A stretch of DNA of 52,220 nt, taken from the NCBI GenBank assembly GCA_010405405.1, contig MU004239.1, forward strand, positions 1,628,722-1,680,941. Direction: 5' to 3'. This DNA comes from Microthyrium microscopicum. Its lineage: Eukaryota. The notes beneath the pieces were generated by a model. It worked only from the letters and a program-made list of their open reading frames with translations, was not told the DNA's origin and did not search any database. The position numbers and the translations under genes are program-made. This document shows, piece by piece, positions 34,479-47,800 of the stretch (position 1 is the stretch's first letter; every line of letters starts with the position of its first letter).

Positions 34479-37400
34479 CTATCGAGCGTTGGAAACGTTC
34501 CAAGCGTTTTCAACATGGATCATGTGATCTAAATTTCTCACAAAATCCTCAGAAGTACCATATTGCAGGATTGAACATGCCAAGCGAAGACTTTTATCGC
34601 AGTCTTTGAAACTCATCTTGGCGATCAAATACCCCATGCCTGTCCGGTCCGTTAGTTCCGGTTGGTTGAGTCTGTCCATGACCGTATCGTGGATCAGTTT
34701 TCGAGAACCAAATATCGACTTCAATGCTTGAACCGCTGTGCCCTCAACTGCGACATTGGCACGATCACCGTAAATGCTTATCATTGCTGACACAATCCAC
34801 TGCTGGGATATATGCATGAATTTGGTCCAAGTCGGCTGTTCGCTTTCTGAATCCTCGTCGTCAGTTAGGGGATCAATCCACCCAGAAAGGATCCAGTTCG
34901 GAAACATGTTGCTAATTGCGGTTGCGCTGAAAACCTCAGAGGCTAGCTCATCCACTAACGAGGAACTATCATCGAGGTGATTCATAAAGGCGTCTTTGAA
35001 TCCCTTTTCTGCAGAATCCTTTAGATCATCAGAAATGGCCTCAAACGTTTTTGCGGCGATCAAGTTGTCAAGATCTCCTAGAAATCGTCCGGGCCAAGTT
35101 AATTCCCAAAGCGGGCCAAAGAGAGTGTCTGTTCCAGCTTCAGTTGAGAGCGGTTGAGAAAGGCGAAAGGCGACAGCGGCTCGATCTCCGAAGCCTTTCC
35201 GGATGGCGTGCTCGCAAGTGTCCCTAAAATTGTCGTTCTGCTCATTCAATAGCTCAACTATCGGGTAGGAGTCCAGAAACTGTTCCGTGGCAGTCTTCAC
35301 AGTCCGGCGTAGAACTGCAAAGAAAGCATTCCTAGAATCACCCGAATTTGACATGGACTGTAGGTAGTCTCCAAAGCCTTGGCCCTCCCCTTCTGCTGCA
35401 TGATTTGATAGCGAAGGAAGTTGAGTGGCAAGACATTGAGCGTCTGCACCGGATTGGAGTTTGATAAATGTTTCCGCTAGGCAATATCGGATAATCTCTG
35501 TCACATCCTTCTCCCATCTTTCCGACCATGTACGAATGAACGCACTAGACTCGTCCAAGGCTGCAGCTTGCAGTTGCACGAAAGCTGCCTGAGCAAGATG
35601 TTCCATAAGCAAGGACTCTGTTCGCGTGGTGATGTCTGCCCTGATCTTTTCGATCGTATCCGTCTGACCAACATAATGTAACTCGTAGGGAGCATTGAGT
35701 CTAAATGCAATTGGAACGCACCCGTGAGAGTCTAAAGTATCGAGGAAAAAGTGTTTGAGCATGTAGTCATTTTTCTTGGCGTCGGACGCAACAGCATACT
35801 CGACTTGCTCGCCGAGCTCTCGGGCCCAGTCTTGAAACACTGAGTTCCAATCAACATATTGAAGATTATCTTTGTATGCAGTTGCGATCTCAGACTCCAA
35901 TTCTCTCGAAAACTGACGTAGGCTGCTGCGCTGCGTTGATTCTGCCGGCAGGGAGTCGATTAATTTTGACAACTTGGTTTGCGCATCAAGCAGCAGTGGG
36001 AAAATAGCCTCCGAGACTGGAACGTGACTATCATCAAGCATCCTAGGGTTTTTGATGAGCGGCTCTGAGACTTCTTTGAGCAACACTTCGAACTTCGAGG
36101 CTCCAACTCGACCCTTAGTCACATGTTCATACATACCAAAGCCCAATAGCCACATCTTCGAGCCAGCATATGCAAAAGCCTTACCAAGGTTCATGCCATT
36201 AAGCCATCTTTTGACTAGAGAGTGCATCTCGATGTAAGGCACATCATCAGGCCCAACTTCCACCGAGCTCACTGTAATCATGTTCACTGCGGCCAGGGCT
36301 TGGATTGCGAGCTCAAAAGACCCATTCTCCATGAAACGAAGCTGAGCGATGACAGAATGGCCTGACTTTGTAACAGACGCATTACTCGCTGTACTCGTAG
36401 CGCTGAATTTGCGATACAGGCGAACAAATTCTGCGAGAGTTGACGGGTTCTCGGCCGATGCTACGAAATGAGCCATGGACGTTGCATCTTTATTGATCCC
36501 AGTGCCTTGTAGGATATCCTGAAATGCAAATTGGAAGGCTTTCCATACCGATGAGGAGTAGTCGGAGAACAACCGATCTTTCTGAAGTAAACGGTCTTTG
36601 ACCTCATCAGACCAAGCAAGATAGGCTTGGCCATCAAAGCTCCGGATGCCGTTTCCTTTCTGTAAAGCAGCACCTACGACGGCAATTGCTAATGGAAGAC
36701 CCGCAAGCTCCTTCACGATGTGTCTCCTTGCGTCTGTTTCTTGGTCAGTCTGCTCCTCTTGGGCAGCTTGACCTGATGTAAGTGAAGCTGAGTTTGTGTT
36801 CAGGTACATATCCAGGAGGTCTTGACCAATTTGTTCGTCCAGCGGCTTCATCTGCCAAATATACGGAGTATTGAGGACGGAAGCCAAATCCTTGTTCCTT
36901 GTCGTAATGAGGATCTTGCTGGCGCTTAGGTCGGTAAAGGTGTATTGCTGAATATTGATGAGAGGATCGTCTAGGCCATCGAAAACAACCAACCATTGGT
37001 CAGGAAAGCGTTTGGACAGGTGATGAGCAATGAGATGCACAGGCTCTGAATATTGCTGGTCGTTTCCGCACATCTGCCTAGCATACTGCTCAAATGCTTG
37101 TTTCATAGCTGCCTCGGAATTACTGGGTATCCAAAGAACGGCCATAGCTTTCTGAGCATGGTATGCATATGATCTGGCCATAGTTGACTTCCTGCCGCCT
37201 AAGGTGAGCGGGATAAGAAAAATCTATGTAGAAAAGCTTCACCTACCCTATACCTGGAAGGCCATGTAAGATGACACGAACATGCCCAGTGCAGCTAAGC
37301 GCCTCGGCAAGGAAAGACTGAACATCAGCGCAAATGAGAAGCCGTTCTTGCAGGAATATCGACTTGCTTTGAAGCATTGGAAGCCCATCGGAAGGAATAC

Positions 37401-38136
37401 GATCTGCTAATCCTTTCGCACGTCTGTTGATTGCGTCCTTAAGTCTAATTCGTGCGTGCTCCTTGCCCTCGCCATATATTGGCTCCATGAAGACGCCGAA
37501 GATGCCCAGAAGGGAGTAAGCTTGGTCTTCTTCCCTTCTGGTTGTCCGTTTCTCTGCCCATGCCATTCGTTGTTCGACGCTAATCTTTTCGAGAGGGTCG
37601 CCCCGAAGCGCTGCAAGCGCGACTCCTGTGATGTTGGAAAGCTGTTGTTCTAGTGATTTCTTATCACCAAGTCGCTTGCGGTCTAAAGAGAAGAACTCGA
37701 CCGAATCCGGAGCTATCAGTTCCTGAAGCGTCCATCCACGAGTAAACCATCGGCTCTCTTGCAATGCCTTGTTGATATCATTCTGACTGTTCATCGAAAC
37801 ATCTGTCAGGTACACATAGCATTTCGCAGAATTGCGATACCAACGGAACATCGAATTAATAGCTTCGGAAAGTTCAGCAAGATTAGACTTGTCAATGCAG
37901 CAGGTGTCGATCCAAAAGTACTCCAGGTCATCTTCTCTCGCGCGTTCTTCACAGAACTGAATCTTGTCATTTCCAAGCTTTTCTGTAACATTGCCATGTT
38001 TCATATCATGAAAGGTGACTTCCTCGCTGTCCCGGCGCCATGTGTGAGAAAGTATACCGTAACGAGGGATCGGATCGTCGCCAACCAAGTCCTCAGTAAG
38101 GGTAAATTTACCAGAGACGAGGTGCAGGAGACGCAT
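34479..38136 (-). CDS. Fungal NLR-like protein: HET domain, NB-ARC (STAND) NTPase and an unassigned helical C-terminus; exons 38136-37247 and 37191-34479, 1200 aa
   Basis: HET motifs YGILSHTW, FWIDTCCIDK, EAINSMFRWY, SRWFTRGWTLQELIAP. A 55-nt intron splits Walker A, which splices to LHGLPGIGKST. Walker B WLVVFDGLDD, ILITTRN, GLPLAI, and MHD-like MHSLVK. Confidence 0.92.
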
Positions 38137-41100
38137 AGCTAGGACCAGGGCGGGACGCTAGCAAGTACGGAGTTTGAGATCGGGATGGTTAGGCTAGGTG
38201 GTTGTCTCCATATGTAATAATTCCTTATAGGGGATGGTCAGCAAGCTGAATTCCTACAGAATTCTTCTGCTCTTAGATTAGCTAAAAGCAGGTTAGGGGG
38301 CGTTAGCGTGTAGTAGGCTAATATCAAACTAAGAAAATGCGCCTTATACAAATTACCCCCGCAGTGCTTTTTTAACTATAACCCTACTATATTTTAATTA
38401 GATCTTAGCTAAAAATAGCCTAAAATAAATACTACTAAAGCTATAGATATTAAGATAGCTACTATTAGTATTTTAGCGTTATTATTAAACTAGCTTTAAG
38501 AAGAAAAGGAATAGGAATAAGATTAGATAATACTAGCGTATAATTACTAACTTTTTATAGAATATTCTTTCTATAACTAGAGTTTTAAAGATAGGTTAGA
38601 TTAGATATATAAGATTAAATATTAGTATATACTATAAGCTTAGGTTAAAGTAATATCTATAGTATTAATTAGTATATAATAGATTTAAGAAGTATAAAAT
38701 ATAATAGCTAGTAAAGATAATAGATCTTAAATTTATATCTCTACTTAATTAAATAATACTACTTAAAAAATTACTATTTCTATTATACGTTATATACTAT
38801 AGATTAGCTAAAATCTATATCTATAATAATATTTATTAGTACTTTAGAAGAAGTAAAACTTATATAAAGTATTACTTTAATACTATATTAATATAGCTTT
38901 ATAATAAGTATACTAATACTTTATTATAATTCTATTCTATTTTTATATTATTAAAATATTTTTAATACTTATAAGCTATAAATTATACTAGTAGTATACC
39001 TAAGTTTTAAAGCTAAATTAATAGAATGTATATTAATATTTTAAGGCTAGAAAGTAACTAAATTTAGTAGTAGTTCTATAGTAGTTATTAGGAAAACTAC
39101 TATATAAAAATATAATATATTACTATACCTAATAGAATGTTGCTAGCTATTAATTATAACTACTTTAGATCCTTAAACGACTTCCTAATATTAATTAATT
39201 TAGTTCTTAAAGATAGAATTTAATAGATATTTAGTAATGATCTAAAACTACTTCTTTATAGTAACGCTACTTATCTAATAAACAATATAATTATAGTACT
39301 ATACTAGAGTACTAAATTACTACTTTAGTAGTATAATTTTAACTTTTAATAGGCATTTCTTTAAGTTAGTATTAAGTAGATATTTACTATTATAAAGAAT
39401 ACGTAGTAAGGAGGATTATTAGACTATAGGTATAATATACAAATAGGTTTAATGCCTATAGTATATTATTAAATAGTAATAATATTATTATAAAACTATA
39501 GAATAGCTTAATAGTAGAAGAATCTCGTAGAGAGCTAATATACTATTAAACTACTAATAATTAATTAGTATTTAAATCTAGGTAGTATATTTAATAGTTA
39601 GATACTATTAGAATTATAAGAATAGGATAATTTAAATAATATAAAGTAGTTATAGTATTATTTATAAAAGTAGAAGTTATAAAGTAAAGTTAGATAATCT
39701 TACTAAAGAAAAGAAAGTTAATAGAGTAGAGTTAGCTAATTATTTAACCTTTCTATATACTTTTAAAGCTTTTAGTATCTATTATAAGATTTATATAAAA
39801 ACTATATTCTATCTTTACTACTAAATTATATAAAGAATACTAAAATAATTTTACTAACGCTTATTATCTTAAAGACTCCTTTAATAACTCTTTTATTTCT
39901 ATTATCTTTAAGTATAATCTATTTACTTCTTTTTTTAGATTTATAACTTTATCTCCTTTACTACTACTACTACTACTACTTATATAATTATTAGTACTAC
40001 TACTACCTTATTTATTTCTATCTCTAAGAGCTTTAATTATTACTTTTAATATTTTTATAATTACTTCTAAAGTATTAAAAATCTTCTTACTCTTTTTATA
40101 CTTTACGTGTAGACTTAAAGTAGGATTTCCTTATCTTAAAGTTAAAGTTAAAGAACTACTCTATAGAGAAGTAGAAATATAAGTATTTAGAGTAAGAACT
40201 ATAGAATTTAACTACTAGCTACCCTTTTTAAGATTAATTACTAATAGTTCCTTAATAGGAATATTAAATAATATCTTAATATTATTATTACTATTTAATA
40301 TAATATTAACTAATAGCATATTCTTTTCTAAATACTATTTAGCTATATTATTACGTATTTTAAAGCTATCTTTCTTCTTTATTTTTTTAGTATCTATTAT
40401 TACTTTTTTTCTCTTTATAGTAACTTTATAAGCTATTTAAATAGCCTTAAAACGGTCTAGTGCTTATTAGAATTTATTAATAAGAATATTATACCCTAAT
40501 TAAAGACGCTTTACTTTAGTAATTCTTTAAGGAATTATCTTTTCTATTATAGCTTTATAGGTACTTCTAAAGGGCTCTTTTACTATATCGAGATTCCTCT
40601 TATTCTTAAAGAGGTTAGAGATACCCTACTACTACTATAACTTCTATCTACTAAGGGCGTCTCTACTAAGGCTACTATAGGTATTAATCTTCTTTAAATA
40701 ATAGAATACTACTATTACTAATAGTAGTTATCCCTAATTTAGATTCTACTTCCTACTCTTAATTAAAGAGAATACTACTACTAAAGAAAAAGTAATAAGT
40801 ACTATAAATTTAACTTTTAGCGTAGTAGGAATAATATTCTAGCTCTATAAGTAGGAATATAGCTATAAATATAGCTCTTACTAGCTTTAGGTAAGTAATA
40901 TTAAAGTAAACTAATCCCTATATTATAGTATAGTACTATTTTAGTATATAGGAGTATACTAATCCTAGTTCTAAGTATTTTATAAAGTATATTAAATAAT
41001 ATTAGAATTAGAGTTATAATCCTATATCTATAACCCTTTAGTAAACTTACTATTATAGTTTTAGCTAATATAAGCCCTAAAGTAAGAAGTTTAGGTAAGA

Positions 41101-41579
41101 GTTATCTTATTAATATTATAAAGTATAGAATATAACTCTTTAAACTATAATTCTTACTTAGAATTTAGTAGAGGGCGTAGAATTAAGTCCTATAGAGAAG
41201 GATTAATATTACTATTATTAAAGTTAAGTATATAGCATATATTTAACTCTATACTAATATTATAAATAGATTTATATAGTATTTTACTACTTATAGTAAT
41301 ATAAGTAATTTATATAAGTTTACTAAATTTAATAGCTTTATAGAGTAACTAAGTATTATTAAGATCTATACTAAACTAAGCCTCTTTTAATACTACTAAA
41401 CTATATTAGAAAGAAGAATTTAAGGTTATAACGCTAATGCTAAGGTCTAGCACTATAAGTAGAAATTCTTCTTTTAGCTATTTTAGGTTAGTAAATACTA
41501 CTAAAACGAGAAGAATTCTATAGGAATTCTACTACTAACTATTCTTATAGTACTAAGTATTAAGAAAGATCTTAGTATT

Positions 41580-41860
41580 ATAAAATTACGCGCTAGACCT
41601 AGAAGGATTAGTGTGTCTAAAGTTCTACTAAGTAAGCTTACTTCCTTTATAGATCTATAGTAGTTCTAAATCTTTTTCTTCTTTTCCTATAATAAGCTAT
41701 AGAACTTAGAGTAAGTAAATAATTAGATTATATTCTAGAATCTATAAATAAGAAAAAAAGAGAAGAAGATCTAGAAGAGCTATAGATCTATAAGAATTAT
41801 AAGTCTACTTAATAAATTCTTAGATATACTAATTCTTTTAAGTTTAGTACGTAATTTTAT
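41580..41860. repeat. Diverged inverted repeat, arms 41580-41690 and 41748-41860
   Basis: The reverse complement of the left arm (..CTATAGATCTATAA..TAGACACACTAATCCTTCTAGGTCTAGCGCGTAATTTTAT) aligns with the right arm (..CTATAGATCTATAA..TAGATATACTAATTCTTTTAAGTTTAGTACGTAATTTTAT). Confidence 0.75.
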
Positions 41861-41990
41861 AATAAAATCTCTCTTATAATACTACTATAAAGTTTATAAA
41901 GAAAAATTATTATATAATTCTTCTTTCTAGTATAGCTTTCTAGACTATAAATTACTAATTATAACTACTTTTCTAATTTTTCTATTCTAA

Positions 41991-42040
41991 TTTAGTCTAG
42001 TCTAGTCTAGTCTAGTTTAGTTTAGTCTAGTCTAGTTTAA
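41991..42040. repeat. 5-bp microsatellite (T(C/T)TAG)n
   Basis: tttagtctagtctagtctagtctagtttagtttagtctagtctagtttaa. Confidence 0.85.
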
Positions 42041-44899
42041 TAAACTTTTAGTAATAAATAATATTTTAATTTTTTTATAGTATAATATTAATCTTACTAG
42101 TTATTTAGAGTATTTTAACTTTTAACTTATTAAAGTAACTATTAAGAAGTATTAATAAACTTTAAAATATTTTTAGAATACTTTAGTTTTTAAGTTCTAG
42201 TAGTCTAGTAGTTAGTAATTTTATTAATATAAGAAAATTAATAGTATAATTATTTACTTCTTTTAATTAGTAAAAATACTATTAAAGTTATAATTAATAT
42301 TATTACTAGTAAGTTCTAGTATTATTAGTATCTAAATAGAATATAAATTTAGCTTATTAGAATACTAAGTATAAAACTTAGTAATAAGCTTTAGTATATT
42401 CTTAGTAGCTATTTAATTATACTATTTAGTTTTATTATAACTAGTATACTTAATTTTATATTATAGCTTTTTATATTAATTAGTAAAGTAGTTATTAATA
42501 ATAATATTAATAAACTATTTATTATTATTTATAGTTTTTTTAATAACTACTAGTAGTAAATTAGTATACTTAAGTAGCTTAATATTATTTATAGTATAGT
42601 AAAAAACTTAAGTATAGAAAATATTATATATTTTTATAAAAAAGAGAAGATTAAACTTATAAATAATAGTATTAATTTTTTTAAGTTTTAAGTTTTTATA
42701 TTATTTTCTAAAACTTATAAATATTCTTATAGTTACTAATAAGAAAGCTATTAACATAAATATAATATAGAAAAGCTATACTAAAATATATAATTATTTA
42801 AAAAAGTAATTAATTTAAATATAGACTTAGTAAGTAGAATATACTAACTACTACTACTATATAGTTCTAGACTTACTACTAAATAACTAAGTCTACTTAG
42901 ATATATAAAACTATTCTACTTTATATTTTTTAAAGACTTTAAATAATAAAAAGAATATAAAAATACTTATTATAATTATATTTATATATAGAGTTATAAA
43001 TCTATTATATTTTATTTAATTTAGTATTTAGTAAATTTAATTTAGTCTAGTATTTAGTATAATATTTTTTTAACTAAATCTAGTATTACTAGTATTTAGT
43101 TTTTAGTAAAAACTAGTTTAATTTAGTATTAGTATATATATTAGCAAAAGTTTAGCTCTACTAGCAGTCTTAGTAGGTACCTACTAGGACGTTAGTCTGT
43201 TAGTCTATATCTAATATATTAGGTTAACTTGCCACCTAAGGACTAGCAGGACTAGTAGGACGGAAGCTAAATTTTAGTAGGAGTTAATAGGGATCTTTAG
43301 CTTAGCAAGGAACATTAAAACTAATAATAAGATTAAGATTCTCTAAGTCTAATCTTTCTTTATAGATTACTAGCTATCTAGCCTTACAGCTATTACCTTA
43401 TCGCCTATACGTATAAATCATAGGTTTTATAGGTATTTTAAAAGAACTAGCTAAATTCGTTAAGGTTTTATAGAGTTAGTAAGGATAAAAGATATAAAAC
43501 GCTACTTAAACTTTAGATTATTAAGCTATACTTTTTATATCTAGGCTGCAAACGGCTATAGGGCTTTAATAATCTATAACCTATATATAATAATACTTAT
43601 CTTAATGAGCTCTATCATAGTGCTAGTCTTATTACTATAGCTAGCCTAATTAGGAAGTTATTATAAAAGTCATTTTTAGTAAAATGATAATCGCTGCATC
43701 TCAACGGCTATTAGGGCTAGGGTAATATAAATTACATAATAATATAGCCCTAATCTAGGGCTATATAATGGTATATAAATTACATGCTAGGCCCTACTAG
43801 GAGGTAAAATAATAATAGAAACGTTTTTAATCTAATAATAGTAAACTTATAGAACCTGCTAGGACCTGCTAGGACTTATAGAATTCCTTAGGACTATTAG
43901 GATATCTCCTCTTCCTAAGCTGAGCTTAACTTTTGCCGATGTAAATTATATAAATCTAGTAAATACTAGTATTTAATTAAGTATACTAGTTAAACTAAAT
44001 AATATTTATTATAATTTAAATATATTTATTTTAAGAAAATTTTTATATTATATAATAGCTCTAAACTAGGAAATTTTAGATCTAGTCTTAGTTTTTCTTA
44101 AATACTACTAGTTATAGCGTTATAATTAGTTTTCTAAAATAATTTAATAAAATTAAAATCTTAGATTTAATTTTATATAATACTAACTATAGTATAATAA
44201 GAAAAAGTTTAAGGTATATTATACTAGACTAAGTATATTCTTTAAAGCTATAGATTAGCTTTAGCTTATAACTTAATATTTATAATAGTATTTAATACTT
44301 TAAATAAAGAAAATATATTTACTTAGATTTTATATTAAATTCTAAGTAATATATAGAATATATATATACTACTATAGTAGATATTAGCTTAAGATTACTA
44401 TAGACCTAATTACTAGCATAAATATTAGTTATAACTATTATATATAATAGAAATATTTATTTATACTAGTAATATTAAGAACTAGAATACTTCTAGTTTA
44501 AGATAACTACTAATAGAATACGTCTACGTAGAATAAAGCGTTATTAGTTAGATTAACTAATAATAACCTATTATAAATATAGATAGCTTAATAGAGTCCT
44601 TATAGCTCTAAGTAATAAAGAAGAGAAATTATAAGAGTCTAAGTAACTTTCTAGTAATTACTCTTATTCCTATTTTTATATATCTACTTAAATTATAATA
44701 ATTATAGTCTTTACCTACTTAGAATAACTTATTTCTAATATAGTAATTACTTCTTAATCCTTAAATACTTAAAGAAATTATTTTTATCTTTTATCTAATT
44801 AGAAACTATATTTAATAGTAAATATTTAGACCTTAGCGCCTAGATAAGACTTAGGTAGCTATAACTATTAGGCTAAGGGCTACTAGTACCTATTATATC

Positions 44900-47800
44900 C
44901 TAAATTAATATATTTAGAAGTCTATTAGAACTATCTAATATTAAATTAGCTAACCCTAACCTATCTAGGCTTAAGGAGACTTAAAATAACTTTATAATAT
45001 GCTATAAGAAGAAACTTAATGCGCTTATTAATAAAAAGAAGCTAGAGCTTAAGATATAAAAGCTAATAATAAAAGCTAAGGCAATTTAGTCTAATAAGCT
45101 TAAAACTACTTAAGAGTTAAAGAACTTTAGCTAAGTTAATGTAATAAGACTTAATTAGTATCTTTTAAGCTAAGCTTTTACTCTTTTAAGACTTTTAAAC
45201 TAAGATAAGCCTAAAATAAAGCCTTATAAAGAAAAAAGTTTCTAAGAATATATATCTTAGATTAATAATATTAAATAAAAGTTTATTAAATCTTTTTATT
45301 AAGAGAGTACTTATAACTAGTAACTCTATTAGTATATTTATAAATATAATTAGCTTAAGAAAGAGCTATTATAAATAAGATTAAATAATCTTATTCTTTA
45401 TAAAAAATCCTAGAACTTAGAATTTTAAAAAATATAATAAGTAGTTTAAAACTATATGCTAAGCTATTTAGGCTATTTTATAAAATAAGAATATATTACT
45501 TTTAAGAAGTCCTAGATAGTTAAATTAGATTAATATTACCTTTAAGAGCTTTATAATAACTTCCTTAGATTATAAAAGAAATAGGAGTATAATAATTAGA
45601 AGAGTTACTTCTTTTAATTCTATAAGAGCCTCTCTAGAAATATATAAAAGAAGATTTTCTTTAATAAGAAGTTTACTACTACTATAGTTAAAGAAGCTCT
45701 TAAAAAGGCTAACTTATACTAAACTCTTAATTCTATAGAAGCTAAAGCCTATTCTACCTTTAAAAAGATAAACCTAAAATAACCTTTCTTAAAATAATAC
45801 TTATACTTCTTAAGAAATAAGTATAAGTATAAGAAGGACGTAAAAAAGCTAAAAATACTTAGAAAGTTCTTTTATCTTTTAAAGAATAGTAAAGTAAAAT
45901 AAGCTATGTCTAAAATAACTTAAAATATAAATATTCTATTAAAGTTTAATTTAAAAAAGGTTAAATACTTTAAATATAGTAAATCCTACTTTAAAATAAA
46001 ATATCTTAAATTATAAAGAAAAGATAAAGCTATAAAGTTATAAATTAAAACTTAGTAGCCTCTCTTATTAATAAGATAACCTAGCCTAGTACTAAATAGC
46101 TTTATAAGACTATTATTATATACGTTCTAGAAATATTAAGAACTAAAAATAATAACTTACTTAGTAAGATAGACTTTATAAAACTAAAGTTAAAGTAAAT
46201 ATATTTTTAAAAAAGTTTAAAAGATAATAAAAGCTAAAAGGCCCTATTTCTAAATATTATAATTAATTATAGGTTATACTTTAATATTATAAACGTTAAG
46301 CTAGCTAAAAGACTTTAGCTCTATATTACTCTCTTCTTTAAAATACTTATAATATATTTAGATAATACTCTTATATAAATTTATAGAGTTATAGAAGCTA
46401 TAGTAATAGTAGTTAACTTAAATAGTCTCTTTAAGACTAAAATAAAGTTATTTTATATTATAGACTCTTTATATTACTCTATTATTATAAGAATACTCTA
46501 GTTAAAAAAGTAGAATCCTCTTCTAAACTTTAAAAATAAGATTCTTATATAAAAATAACCTTTTAGTAGCTTCTATAGTAAGATAAGAACTATAAATACT
46601 AATAAGTTCTTTAAGTTAGCTTAAAATAATTTATTCTAACTATTTAATTATCTAGTTAGATTACTAAATCTAAATTTATTTATAAAAGAGCTTCTAAGTA
46701 AGTATTTATAGTTTATTAAAGTCTTTAATAAGTAAGATATACTTAAACTAGCCTAATATAGTCTATAAGACCTTAAAATTAACTTAGAGCTAGGCGCTAT
46801 AGTACTATATAGACTTATTTATAGCTTCTTAAAAGCTAAGTTAGTTATTCTACCTAAGTACTTAAATACTTACCTTATAAGAAGTTAGATCTAAAAGTTA
46901 AAATCTTTTACTAAAGCCTCTATTCTTTTTATAAAGAAAAAAAATAGAATATTATAACTCTATATAAACTACTAAGACCTAAATAATATTACTATTAAGA
47001 ATTAGTATATATTACCTTTTATTAAAAAGTCTTTAAATAAACTTTAAAGTACTAAGTTCTTTACTAGCCTTAATTTATATAAAGCTTACTATTATTTATA
47101 TATTAAAAATAGTAATAAGTAGAAGACTATATTTAGAACTAAATATAAAATATTTAAGTATATAGTAATCTTATTTAAACTTATAAATACTTTTATAGCC
47201 TTCTAAGTATATATTAACTAAGTATTAAGAGGCTTAGTAAATATAATATATATTATTTACTTTAATAATATTCTTATTTACTCTAAAACTAAAAAGTAAT
47301 ATATTAAAAATATTTAAGAAGTTTTATAGTAACTTATAAAGTACTATTTATATATAAAACTATTTAAGTATAAGTTTTATATTAGTAGTATAGAGTATCT
47401 AAGTTATATTATAACTCTAGATAGTACTACTATAAATTAGTTATAAATTAATATATACCTAGATTAGCTAAAACTATATAATATATACTAAGTAAAGAAA
47501 TTTATTAACTTTATAAATTACTATTATTAGTTTATTACTAGATTTTCCTATATTATTATATTACTAAATACCTTAACTTAGAAAAAACTAGATTAAGCTC
47601 TAAAAAGCCTAAAGCTATAATAAGAAAAGTTTATAAATATTAAATTACTACTAAATACCTTAAATTCTTTTAATAAACTAAAAGATTCTTTTATAAATAC
47701 GCTAATTTTAGCCTATTTTAACCTTATACTTTCTATATAGTTAGAAACTAATATCTCTAAAAGGATAATTTATAAAATATTAAGCTAGAAATAGTATAAT

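Noticed and set aside
38400..41500. Assignment of this RIP relic to a LINE or DNA transposon class
   Set aside because: No diagnostic motif could be recovered with confidence by eye.
44950..44963. Telomere-like CTAACCCTAACC
   Set aside because: Only about two units, inside a retrotransposon relic.
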